Assembly: GCA_044355195.1 (NCBI GenBank)
Contig: JBIKYP010000002.1
Span: 911 to 64,910, forward strand
DNA from: Crocinitomicaceae bacterium
GTDB taxonomy: Bacteria; Bacteroidota; Bacteroidia; Flavobacteriales_D; Crocinitomicaceae
Length of the DNA: 64,000 nucleotides
Reading direction: 5' to 3'
Shown: one piece after another, positions 40,089-48,643 of the stretch
How the letters are laid out: the number at the start of each line of letters is the position of its first letter
Position numbering within the stretch: position 1 is the first letter of the stretch
The notes under the pieces: model-generated
The model's database searches: none
What the model was told of the DNA's origin: nothing
Seen by the model: the letters and a program-made list of their open reading frames with translations, nothing else
Program-made: the position numbers and the translations under genes

Positions 40089-40116
40089 AACGCGTTCAAC
40101 CGAATGCGTTTTTTTA
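40089..40116 (+). terminator. Rho-independent terminator ending the dcw/yqeY transcription unit
   Basis: A 9-bp stem AACGCGTTC/GAATGCGTT (one G-U pair) with a 4-nt loop is followed by TTTTT. Confidence 0.75.
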
Positions 40117-40626
40117 TGAAATAGCTATGCTTTGATCTCAAACACCGATGAAATTGAATTGGATATTCCATACGCTGTGCTGAACTTGTTCAAACATGAC
40201 TGGTGAAAGACAAATCCCATTCATTTCAAATAAGGATTAAAATCATTGTTGTCCGATAAAACGTTTGATTTTGGGAAAATTCTTAGTTGTAGTGCTTGTT
40301 GTGAAGATTATTAGAAAATTAGGCTCGATTTTTAAATTCCAATCGTCAATCAACTTGATGTAGCATTACCGACTCGATTAGAGAAGTGAGGAACAAGAAA
40401 ATTTCGAAGCGTTCATCAAAACCAAAAAGCGCTTGTCGTTACGAAACGGTATGTTTCCACTCTTTTTGAGTTTTGATCGATGAGAAATTTTCGCCGAACG
40501 GCTAAATCGAGTCTTGATATTTTGTTTCTTTTGTATCAAGACACCGCGAAGCAGCCACGAAGTGAAAAGAAAAAGGTCATTTTTACTGGACAATACTGGA
40601 TTAAAATATCAAATTACATTTGTAAT

Positions 40627-41244
40627 ATGAACTTGGAAGAACTAAAGCGAAAAATGGCGGAAACGATCCGTTCCTATAACTTGATGGGATGGTCTCCAGC
40701 AACATCTACAAATTACTCTGTCAAGGATTTAGATGAAAATATCTGGGTTTCAAGGTCAGGGATTAACAAAAGTGAATTTAATGAAAATGATTTTATTCTT
40801 GTAAATTCTGAGGGCATTTCGGACGGAGAATTTTCGCACTTAAAACCTTCAGCCGAAACCTTAATCCATTGTGTTATTTATGAGTTGTTTCCTGAAACAA
40901 AAGTGATTCTTCATAGTCATTCTGTTTATCCTGTTATTCTTTCTTCGATGAATGTTGCACACCTGGAATTTGAAGGATATGAGATCCAAAAGGGTTTTGC
41001 AGGGAGGGGTACTCATCAGGAACAGATAAAAATTCCCGTTTTTGAAAATACTCAGGACATGAGTCGTTTTATCCTGTGGCTAAAAGACAGGAAGAATGAT
41101 ATTCAGGATCATTGCTTCGTTATTCGAAAGCATGGTACGTATGCATGGGGTAAAGATTTGTTCGAGGCTAAACGTCACTTGGAAACGCTCGACTACCTTT
41201 GTAATTGTGAACTTATAAAACGTAATTTGAATCTTAAATTCTGA
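40627..41244 (+). CDS. mtnB: Methylthioribulose-1-phosphate dehydratase MtnB (class II aldolase fold)
   Basis: It has WSPATSTNYS, LKPSAETLIH, HSHS and RKHGTYAWGKDLFEAKRHLE, which match MtnB. I chose the start at ATG 40627; the ORF-track start at 40480 adds a non-homologous basic leader. Confidence 0.85.
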   Translation: MNLEELKRKMAETIRSYNLMGWSPATSTNYSVKDLDENIWVSRSGINKSEFNENDFILVNSEGISDGEFSHLKPSAETLIHCVIYELFPETKVILHSHSVYPVILSSMNVAHLEFEGYEIQKGFAGRGTHQEQIKIPVFENTQDMSRFILWLKDRKNDIQDHCFVIRKHGTYAWGKDLFEAKRHLETLDYLCNCELIKRNLNLKF

Positions 41245-41248
41245 TATA

Positions 41249-41788
41249 ATGGCAATTCTTTCTTTTCCGGAACGTCGAGTTGAAATAAGGGACCCGAACC
41301 AAATCAGGCAATTCTTTCAAGAGCGTTCTATTTTTTTCGATCAATGGACATGCGACGTTGTTTTCGACGATATGGCGAAACAAGAAGAAATCCTAAAGGC
41401 TTATTCCAAGGATTTGAATCCGTTTATGCAATTAGGTGGTTATTTGACTGCTGATGTGATCAGTATAAATAAACATACGGAGAATTACGATGCGATACGT
41501 TCAAAATTTCTTGCGGAGCATACGCATTCTGAAGATGAAATTCGTTTTTTTGTCGATGGTCAGGGTTTGTTCTGGTTTAATCTGGAGAATGAACCGGTAT
41601 TTAATTTACTGTGTCAACGTGGCGACCTCATTTCCGTTCCTGCCGGGACGAAACATTGGTTCGATGCCGGTGCAACAAACCCATTCGTGAAAGCAATCCG
41701 GATTTTTATTGACATGAGCGGTTGGGTGCCTCATTATACGGAATCAGGTGAGGAACAGAAGTTTGCTGATTTTGTTGTCCCTCGGTAA
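41249..41788 (+). CDS. mtnD: Acireductone dioxygenase MtnD (ARD, cupin)
   Basis: 179 aa with EHTHSEDEIRFFVDGQGLFWF...GDLISVPAGTKHWF. Confidence 0.9.
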   Translation: MAILSFPERRVEIRDPNQIRQFFQERSIFFDQWTCDVVFDDMAKQEEILKAYSKDLNPFMQLGGYLTADVISINKHTENYDAIRSKFLAEHTHSEDEIRFFVDGQGLFWFNLENEPVFNLLCQRGDLISVPAGTKHWFDAGATNPFVKAIRIFIDMSGWVPHYTESGEEQKFADFVVPR

Positions 41789-42045
41789 TGCCTTTATGAT
41801 TTTATATTCTCTTCTGAAACATCTCTGAATATTGAGTTGTCAGTTGGAATAGTTTAGATTTTCAAAATTCGACCCTTTGTGTTTAACATAATGTTGAGTT
41901 GGTAAAGCGGTATTAAAATAGGGTGTGCCGTCCAATGAGTGAATAATCATTTTTCGGATGAGCGTACATTTAAAATGTTTCCTATCCTTCCCTGCCATAG
42001 TTTTTGGTATGGGAGCAGATCCTAACAAATCACTACTTTTGAAAT

Positions 42046-42744
42046 ATGAAATTCTCCAACGTTTCTGCTGTTCTTACGGATATTGAAGGAACTACCTCCT
42101 CGGTCAATTTTGTTTATGAGGTTCTGTTTCCTTATTTCAGAACAAATATGGACAGATTGAAAGAAATGACCTCAGACCTACAAGTTCAGTCTGCGTTTAA
42201 GAGAACGGTTAAACTCGCTCGTGAAATGGAAGGGCTAACGCTGAAAAGCGTGGATGAGATTCTGTTGATTTTGCGAAGATGGAGTGAAGAAGACCGCAAG
42301 ATCACCCCGTTAAAAACGCTTCAGGGAATTCTTTGGAAAGATGGGTATACTTCCGGAGAACTGGAAGGTCATGTGTATGACGACGTTGCGCCGGCGCTAA
42401 AGGATTGGCATAAAAGGGGCTTAACGCTGGCAGTGTTTTCTTCCGGATCTGTGGCAGCGCAGAAACTCATCTTCGGACACAGCATTTCCGGAGATCTTAC
42501 AGGTTGTTTTTCAAACTATTTTGACACAGAAACAGGAGGAAAAAGAGAAAAAGAAACGTATGTTAGAATTGCTGAACTATTGAAATTTAGGAGCGAACAA
42601 ATACTTTTTCTCTCAGATATCAGAGAAGAATTAGAGGCGGCAAACTCAGCAGGTATGCAAACTGTTCAGCTCGTTAGACCGGGAACATCCCCCTGTTGGG
42701 ATCGCACGGTTGATACGTTCAGCGCATTAGAATTAATCTCATAA
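42046..42744 (+). CDS. mtnC: Enolase-phosphatase E1 / acireductone synthase MtnC (HAD)
   Basis: 232 aa with LTDIEGTTSSVNFVYEVLFPY and KTLQGILW...SSGSV motifs. Confidence 0.9.
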   Translation: MKFSNVSAVLTDIEGTTSSVNFVYEVLFPYFRTNMDRLKEMTSDLQVQSAFKRTVKLAREMEGLTLKSVDEILLILRRWSEEDRKITPLKTLQGILWKDGYTSGELEGHVYDDVAPALKDWHKRGLTLAVFSSGSVAAQKLIFGHSISGDLTGCFSNYFDTETGGKREKETYVRIAELLKFRSEQILFLSDIREELEAANSAGMQTVQLVRPGTSPCWDRTVDTFSALELIS

Positions 42745-43839
42745 ATGAAGACATCTAAGAAATTCAGAACCATCTGGACCACTGAGGATCGCTATGTGGA
42801 AGTAATCGATCAGCGCAAATTACCGCACGAATTTGTGACCGTGAAACTGGAAACCTATGACGATGCCGAGGAAGCGATTAAAGATATGACGGTCAGAGGT
42901 GCGCCTCTAATCGGTGCAACTGCTGCTTATGGTATTTATCTGGCCGTTCGTGAAATGGTAGAAGAGCAACTGGATGGCTCTTTTCTCGATGAGGCTTTTT
43001 CAGCTTTGCGTGCGTCCAGACCTACGGCAGTTAATCTTTTTTGGGCGCTGGACAAAATGCGAGATGCACTCGATAACTGCGAGGGCAATTTTTTGGAAAC
43101 GGCATGGAATACGGCGAATGCTATCGTTGAGGAAGATGTAGAAATATGCCGCATGATCGGTGTTCACGGTCTGCCCTTGATAGAAGAGATTGCAAAGCGC
43201 AAGAACGGAGATGTAGTTAATATTCTCACACATTGCAATGCCGGTATGCTTGGTTGCATTGAGTGGGGAACGATTACTTCGCCTATTTATCAGGCAGCCG
43301 CTAAGGGACTCAAAGTACATGTCTGGGTGGATGAAACACGACCCCGAAATCAAGGGTCTAACTTGACTGCCTATGAGTTGACTCGCCATAACATTCCGCA
43401 TACGTTAATTGTTGATAATGCCGGTGGACACCTCATGCAACGCGGCATGGTGGATATGGTTATTGTTGGAACGGATCGTACTACCCGCAACGGAGATGTT
43501 GCGAATAAAATTGGCACCTATCTTAAAGCGCTTGCGGCTCATGACAACGGAATCCCCTTTTATGTTGCGCTTCCATCAACTACACTCGATATGCGTATCA
43601 AGGATGGGGTGAAAGAAATTCCAATCGAAGAACGCAATCAGGATGAAGTTCGATTCATGTCCGGAAAAACAGTCAAGGGAAAAATAGAATCTGTACTTAT
43701 TTGTCCGGAAACAACTCCGGCAAGCAATTACGGGTTTGATGTTACACCTGCTCGTTTAGTTACAAAGATTATTACCGATCGCGGCGTATGCGATGCCAGT
43801 GAGGCTGGATTAGTGGCCCTCTACCCCGAGTTTTTATAA
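42745..43839 (+). CDS. mtnA: S-methyl-5-thioribose-1-phosphate isomerase MtnA
   Basis: 364 aa with DQRKLPHE...MTVRGAPLIGATAAYG...THCNAG...VGTDR...NKIGTY. Confidence 0.93.
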   Translation: MKTSKKFRTIWTTEDRYVEVIDQRKLPHEFVTVKLETYDDAEEAIKDMTVRGAPLIGATAAYGIYLAVREMVEEQLDGSFLDEAFSALRASRPTAVNLFWALDKMRDALDNCEGNFLETAWNTANAIVEEDVEICRMIGVHGLPLIEEIAKRKNGDVVNILTHCNAGMLGCIEWGTITSPIYQAAAKGLKVHVWVDETRPRNQGSNLTAYELTRHNIPHTLIVDNAGGHLMQRGMVDMVIVGTDRTTRNGDVANKIGTYLKALAAHDNGIPFYVALPSTTLDMRIKDGVKEIPIEERNQDEVRFMSGKTVKGKIESVLICPETTPASNYGFDVTPARLVTKIITDRGVCDASEAGLVALYPEFL

Positions 43840-44138
43840 GTGCTTATTGCCATGAACGTTGCCCAGATAGAGAATCATCTCAAATTACTCGTTTATACCT
43901 TAGACAAAGAAACCTTTATCTACAAATTGCTTGAATCTTATTATTTGCCAAAAGCATCCATTTCTCGCTTACAGAAAGGAAACTTAAATCTAAGTAAAGT
44001 ACAATGCGAAGTATCTTGGAAGAAGAAACTCTTTTTTAAAGAGGAGTTCAGCAATGACCTACACCTTACCATTTCAGCTCTTAAAAATGAAATCAAGCAT
44101 AATCAACGGTTCATTATAGCTACTGATTATGAAACTTT
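43840..44138 (+). pseudogene. N-terminal fragment (about 100 codons) of an MmeI/Eco57I-like type IIG restriction-modification enzyme gene
   Basis: NVAQIENHLKLLVYTLDKETFIYKLLESYYLPKASISRLQKGNLNLSKVQCEVSWKKKLFFKEE...NEIKHNQRFIIATDYETF matches my recollection of the conserved N-terminal domain of these fused RM proteins. The match stops at the fabD stop codon. The rest of the 170-aa ORF is antisense to fabD. Confidence 0.5.
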
Positions 44139-45020
44139 TCAAATCTCCGCACTGGAACAAGGAAATGCCCGGTCCACTTTCTTAAATAATCCTTGCAATA
44201 CTTTTCCCGGCCCAACCTCGATCACTTCTGTTGCGCCATCCGCAATCATCCGATGCATAGTTTGCGTCCATTTTACAGGAGCCGTTAATTGGGCAATAAG
44301 GTTTTCCTTGATCTCCTCGGGATTGGTCACGGCTGATCCTGTAACATTTTGATATACAGGACATATTGGAGCACCGAATCGTGTTGCTTCGATGGCTTGC
44401 GCTAATTCTTCCCTTGCAGGCTCCATCAAGGGTGAATGAAATGCTCCTCCCACCGGAAGGATTAAGGCACGTTTGGCTCCTGCTTCCGTCAATTTTTCAC
44501 AGGCCTTCTCTACATCAGGATACGAACCGGAAATAACTAACTGTCCGGGACAATTGTAGTTTGCCGGAACCACCACGCCATCTATTTCTGCACAGATTTT
44601 TTCAATGACTTCATCCTCGAGATTAAGGATAGCAGCCATTGTAGAAGGCTCAATTTCACAGGCTTTCTGCATCGCCAGCGCTCTTTTGAAAACAAGACTT
44701 AAGCCATCTTCAAAGGAAAGTGTCTTGTTTGCTACAAGTGCAGATAGTTCTCCTAATGAGTGCCCTGCTACCATGTCCGGCTTGAATGAGACTCCTAAAC
44801 AAGTGGCTAGTATAGTTGAATGCAAGAAGATCGCCGGTTGCGTTACTTTGGTTTGCTTGAGTTCTTCTTCTGTTCCTTCGAACATGATTTTAGTTATATC
44901 AAATCCAAGAATGCGATTAGCACTGTCGAACAGATCTCTGGCCAATACAGATTTTTCAAATAAATCTTTCCCCATTCCTGGAAATTGTGCTCCCTGACCG
45001 GGGAATACGTATGCTTTCAT
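44139..45020 (-). CDS. fabD: Malonyl-CoA:ACP transacylase FabD
   Basis: 293 aa with FPGQGAQ and the GHSLGE active site. Confidence 0.95.
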   Translation of the reverse strand: MKAYVFPGQGAQFPGMGKDLFEKSVLARDLFDSANRILGFDITKIMFEGTEEELKQTKVTQPAIFLHSTILATCLGVSFKPDMVAGHSLGELSALVANKTLSFEDGLSLVFKRALAMQKACEIEPSTMAAILNLEDEVIEKICAEIDGVVVPANYNCPGQLVISGSYPDVEKACEKLTEAGAKRALILPVGGAFHSPLMEPAREELAQAIEATRFGAPICPVYQNVTGSAVTNPEEIKENLIAQLTAPVKWTQTMHRMIADGATEVIEVGPGKVLQGLFKKVDRAFPCSSAEI

Positions 45021-45148
45021 AAATTGTTCATTTTTCGGGTAAAGGTAAAAAAGTTACGTCTTTGGAAAAACTCATTTTTCTTCCGGCTCGCATTTCTATT
45101 TGGTTCAAATGACTCGTTAATTGAACTCATTTATTAAAAATAAGAGTT

Positions 45149-46195
45149 TTAAATAACATCCGTTTTACTGTACGTCCTTTTCTTAAGATCAACTCCGATA
45201 CCTTCCTTATAAGGAAGTTGAAGTACGCCATTGACCAGTTTCAGATCTTCGAACGGGTTGTTTTTCATCAAAAAAGGGCCATCAAGGTCCACCCAATCGG
45301 CTAATGAACTCAAATGAGACATCGCTGCTACAGCACATGATGATTCCGCCATACAACCCGTCACGATTTTTAGATTGTATTTTTTAGCCCCCTTAATTAA
45401 TCGATAAGCTTCTGAAATCCCCGTCGTTTTCATTAGTTTGACATTGATTCCGCCAAATGCATGTTTTACCTCCTCTAATTGCGAAAGTCGTTTTATACTT
45501 TCATCAGCAATAATGGGTACCGGACTTCTTTCTGATAGCCAGACGGTATCACTAATATTTCTTTGAGGGAAGGGTTGCTCTATAAATTGAACACCCCTCT
45601 CTGTCAATTGTTGGATTAGCTCAAGTGCCACCTCTTTAGAATGCCAGCCCTGATTGGCGTCTATCGAAAAAGGACCCTTCCACCGTTGGAGAATCTGATC
45701 GACAATCTCTTCATCCTTGTTCGTGCCAAGTTTTATCTTGAGGATTTCAAAACCCATTTCAATCCCTTCTTCAGCCTTTTGAGCCATTCGCTCAGGTGTA
45801 TCGATGCCGATTGTATATGATGTTTTCCGGGGAACAGGAGCGATGCCATACAACTCAGCGACAGATAGACCCTTGAGTTTGCCGACTAAGTCATGTAAGG
45901 CAATGTCAAATCCCGCTTTGGCTGCATTATTGCCGTCTTCAATGGAGTCAACATAGTTCAGAATTTTCTCTATTTCGAATGGATTAGTGAATGAGCGTAA
46001 TTCTATTTTAGATAAAAATTGCATGACGCTTTGTTGTGTTTCTCCCAAATAAGGAGGCATACTTGATTCCCCGTAGCCAATAACCCCATCCTGCTCCAAA
46101 CGGAGGAATACGATGGGTGTGCTCGTTCTGCTGTATACAGAAACCTTGAATGGATGAATCAACTGAAGATCGAAGGGATAAAACTGCAACTTCAT
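45149..46195 (-). CDS. Dipeptide (L-Ala-D/L-Glu) epimerase, enolase superfamily
   Basis: 348 aa with KIKLG, DANQGW, IEQP and ADES motifs of the MR/MLE subgroup. Confidence 0.8.
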   Translation of the reverse strand: MKLQFYPFDLQLIHPFKVSVYSRTSTPIVFLRLEQDGVIGYGESSMPPYLGETQQSVMQFLSKIELRSFTNPFEIEKILNYVDSIEDGNNAAKAGFDIALHDLVGKLKGLSVAELYGIAPVPRKTSYTIGIDTPERMAQKAEEGIEMGFEILKIKLGTNKDEEIVDQILQRWKGPFSIDANQGWHSKEVALELIQQLTERGVQFIEQPFPQRNISDTVWLSERSPVPIIADESIKRLSQLEEVKHAFGGINVKLMKTTGISEAYRLIKGAKKYNLKIVTGCMAESSCAVAAMSHLSSLADWVDLDGPFLMKNNPFEDLKLVNGVLQLPYKEGIGVDLKKRTYSKTDVI

Positions 46196-46284
46196 TCTTC
46201 GAAATTAAGGGATTTGATTGGCTTGTCTTGAATTTAAATTGCCCTTACTCCTTTTCGTTCTATCTTTGTACTCAAAAGAACAGG

Positions 46285-47451
46285 ATGGCAGACACCCGTT
46301 ATAACCTGAGAGGCGTTTCAGCTGGAAAAGAAGACGTGCACAATGCAATTGTAAATGTGGATAAAGGTCTTTTTCCAAAGGCGTTTTGTAAGATAGTTCC
46401 TGATTATCTTTCCGGTGACGAAGATTATTGCATTGTGATGCATGCTGATGGTGCGGGAACGAAATCATCACTTGCCTACATGTATTGGAAAAAAACGGGT
46501 GATCTTTCAGTGTGGAAGGGAATTGCTCAGGATGCCTTGATTATGAACATCGATGACCTTCTGTGCGTGGGAGCAACAGATAAAATTCTTCTTTCCTCGA
46601 CGATAGGAAGAAACAAGAACCTTATTCCTGGTGAAGTCATTTCGGCAATTATAAACGGAACAGAAGAACTGCTAGAATCACTGCGTTCACAAGGAATTGG
46701 AATTTATTCTACCGGTGGTGAAACGGCAGATGTCGGCGACCTCGTCAGAACTATCATTGTTGATTCAACTGTCGTTTGTAGGATGAAAAGAAGCGAGGTT
46801 ATCTCCAACGACAGAATTAAGCCGGGCGATGTGATTGTTGGATTGGCATCCTTCGGTCAGGCAACCTATGAAACAGGCTACAATGGAGGGATGGGTAGTA
46901 ATGGTTTGACCTCTGCCCGACATGATGTTTTTTTGAATGAGCTCGCAATTGAATTTCCTGAAAGTTTTGATCCGGCTGTGCCATCAGAACTCGTATATTC
47001 CGGTTCAAAAAAATTGACGGATGGTGTTGAAGGGACTTCTCTGGATGCAGGAAAACTGATCCTTTCTCCTACGCGAACTTATGCACCTGTAATTAAGAGG
47101 ATTTTAGATGAACATCGTCAGGAAATCCATGGAATGGTTCACTGTTCCGGAGGAGCACAAACCAAGGTCCTTCATTTCGTTGACAATGTTCACGTAATTA
47201 AAGACAACTTGTTTGCTACACCTCCTTTATTTGAGCTGATTCAGAAGGAATCCGGAACAAATTGGAAAGAAATGTATAAGGTGTTTAATATGGGGCACCG
47301 GTTGGAACTATACGTTTCACCTGAACTCGCCTCAGAACTAATACATTTGTCAGAATCCTTTGGTATTGCCGCACAGATCGTTGGTAGGGTGGAAGCTCAC
47401 AATGGAAAAAAAGTGACCATCGTTTCTCCCTACGGAACTTTTGAATATTAA
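46285..47451 (+). CDS. AIR synthase (PurM)-related protein
   Basis: RYNLRGVSAGKEDVHNAI...HADGAGTKSSLAYMYW...NIDDLLCVGA matches the Bacteroidota PurM-like family. The start is moved to ATG 46285, because the ORF-track extension overlaps the divergent epimerase gene. Confidence 0.8.
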   Translation: MADTRYNLRGVSAGKEDVHNAIVNVDKGLFPKAFCKIVPDYLSGDEDYCIVMHADGAGTKSSLAYMYWKKTGDLSVWKGIAQDALIMNIDDLLCVGATDKILLSSTIGRNKNLIPGEVISAIINGTEELLESLRSQGIGIYSTGGETADVGDLVRTIIVDSTVVCRMKRSEVISNDRIKPGDVIVGLASFGQATYETGYNGGMGSNGLTSARHDVFLNELAIEFPESFDPAVPSELVYSGSKKLTDGVEGTSLDAGKLILSPTRTYAPVIKRILDEHRQEIHGMVHCSGGAQTKVLHFVDNVHVIKDNLFATPPLFELIQKESGTNWKEMYKVFNMGHRLELYVSPELASELIHLSESFGIAAQIVGRVEAHNGKKVTIVSPYGTFEY

Positions 47452-47468
47452 GAACTATTTCCTTTTGA

Positions 47469-48554
47469 ATGAGTGATTTGTTGACAAAACTTGAAGCTAT
47501 CCACTTTCGCTTTGTGGAAGTGGGCAAAATGATCGTAGATCCGGAGATTATCGCCCACATGGATCGTTATGTCAAATTGAATAAAGAATACAAAGAACTC
47601 GAGGATATCGATCAGGTATATAAAGAGTACAAGAACCTACTCGATAATTTTAAGAACACTAGGGAATTATTGGACATTGAAACAGATCCGGAAATGCGTG
47701 AGATGGCGAAGATGGAACTGCTTGCGCTCGAAGAACGTCGACCGCAAATGGAGGAAGATATTAGGTTCCTTTTAATTCCTAAAGATCCTGAGGATGATAA
47801 GAATGCTATCATGGAGCTTCGAGCAGGAACCGGAGGCGATGAGGCCTGCATTTTTGTAGAAGATTGTTTCCGAATGTACACGATGTTTTTTAAGGAAATG
47901 GGTTGGCAATTCGAAGTGCTGAACTCTTCTGAGGGATCAGTAAAAGGGTACAAAGAAATTTCTATGGAAATTGCCGGCACCGGTATTTACGGTATGTTGA
48001 AGTTTGAATCTGGCGTACATCGGGTACAACGTGTTCCTGAGACAGAATCTCAGGGTCGCGTGCACACATCCGCTATAACGGTTGCGGTATTGCCTGAGGC
48101 GGAGGAGGTAGACTTCAAATTGGATATGAATGACGTTCGAAAAGATACCTTCCGAGCCTCGGGTGCAGGAGGCCAACATATCAACAAAACTGAGTCGGCT
48201 ATTCGCTTGACGCATATACCTTCGGGACTGGTCGTGGAATGTCAGGATGGACGTTCTCAACATAAAAACCTCGAGAAGGCGATTTCTGTATTGCGTTCGC
48301 GTTTGTATCAGGCGGAATTAGATCGAGTGCATAATGAGCGTGCGGCACAACGAAAAACACTCGTTGCTTCAGGAGATCGCTCCGATAAAATACGCACCTA
48401 TAACTACCCTCAGGGGAGGGTTACCGACCACCGTATCAATAAAAGCATGTATAATTTGGGCGATTTCATGAATGGTAACTTAAAAGAAATGATCGACGCT
48501 CTGAAGCTTGTTGAAAATGCTGAAAAACTGAAAGGAGAGGAGATGATTGATTGA
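47469..48554 (+). CDS. prfA: Peptide chain release factor 1
   Basis: 361 aa with GGQHINKTESAIRLTHIPSG (GGQ) and a PxT-type motif (PET). Confidence 0.95.
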   Translation: MSDLLTKLEAIHFRFVEVGKMIVDPEIIAHMDRYVKLNKEYKELEDIDQVYKEYKNLLDNFKNTRELLDIETDPEMREMAKMELLALEERRPQMEEDIRFLLIPKDPEDDKNAIMELRAGTGGDEACIFVEDCFRMYTMFFKEMGWQFEVLNSSEGSVKGYKEISMEIAGTGIYGMLKFESGVHRVQRVPETESQGRVHTSAITVAVLPEAEEVDFKLDMNDVRKDTFRASGAGGQHINKTESAIRLTHIPSGLVVECQDGRSQHKNLEKAISVLRSRLYQAELDRVHNERAAQRKTLVASGDRSDKIRTYNYPQGRVTDHRINKSMYNLGDFMNGNLKEMIDALKLVENAEKLKGEEMID

Positions 48555-48643
48555 AAATAGAAGTCCTTACATGAAGTTCTCTCTTCGGGAATATACTTGG
48601 CTGTGTGATTTTTTCTTGTTAAAAATTTGATAATGAAAATAGT

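Noticed and set aside
40534-40560. TATCAAGAC (SAM-I-like UAUCAAGAG) and GAAGCAGCC (SRP RNA domain IV-like) short matches
   Set aside because: Only 8-9 nt match in each case. The surrounding conserved cores are absent (the GGAGGGA...GCAACC of SAM-I, and the AGGUCCGGAAGGAAGCAGCC of SRP RNA).
40480-40626. N-terminal 49-codon extension of the mtnB ORF
   Set aside because: The extension is basic and low-complexity with no MtnB homology. The conserved MtnB N-terminus begins at the ATG at 40627.
43840-44352. 170-aa plus-strand ORF taken as an intact gene
   Set aside because: Only the first 100 or so codons have a protein-like, family-recognisable sequence. From 44139 onward the ORF is the antisense of the well-supported fabD gene and is low-complexity.
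47612-47980. 122-aa antisense ORF inside prfA; other antisense ORFs of 60 aa or more across conserved genes
   Set aside because: They sit opposite highly conserved coding sequence, are Ser/Ile-rich and low-complexity, and have no start context or homology.
48036-48044. RF1 tripeptide reads PET rather than the textbook PAT
   Set aside because: The motif is PxT with a variable middle residue across bacteria, so this is not evidence of altered stop-codon recognition.
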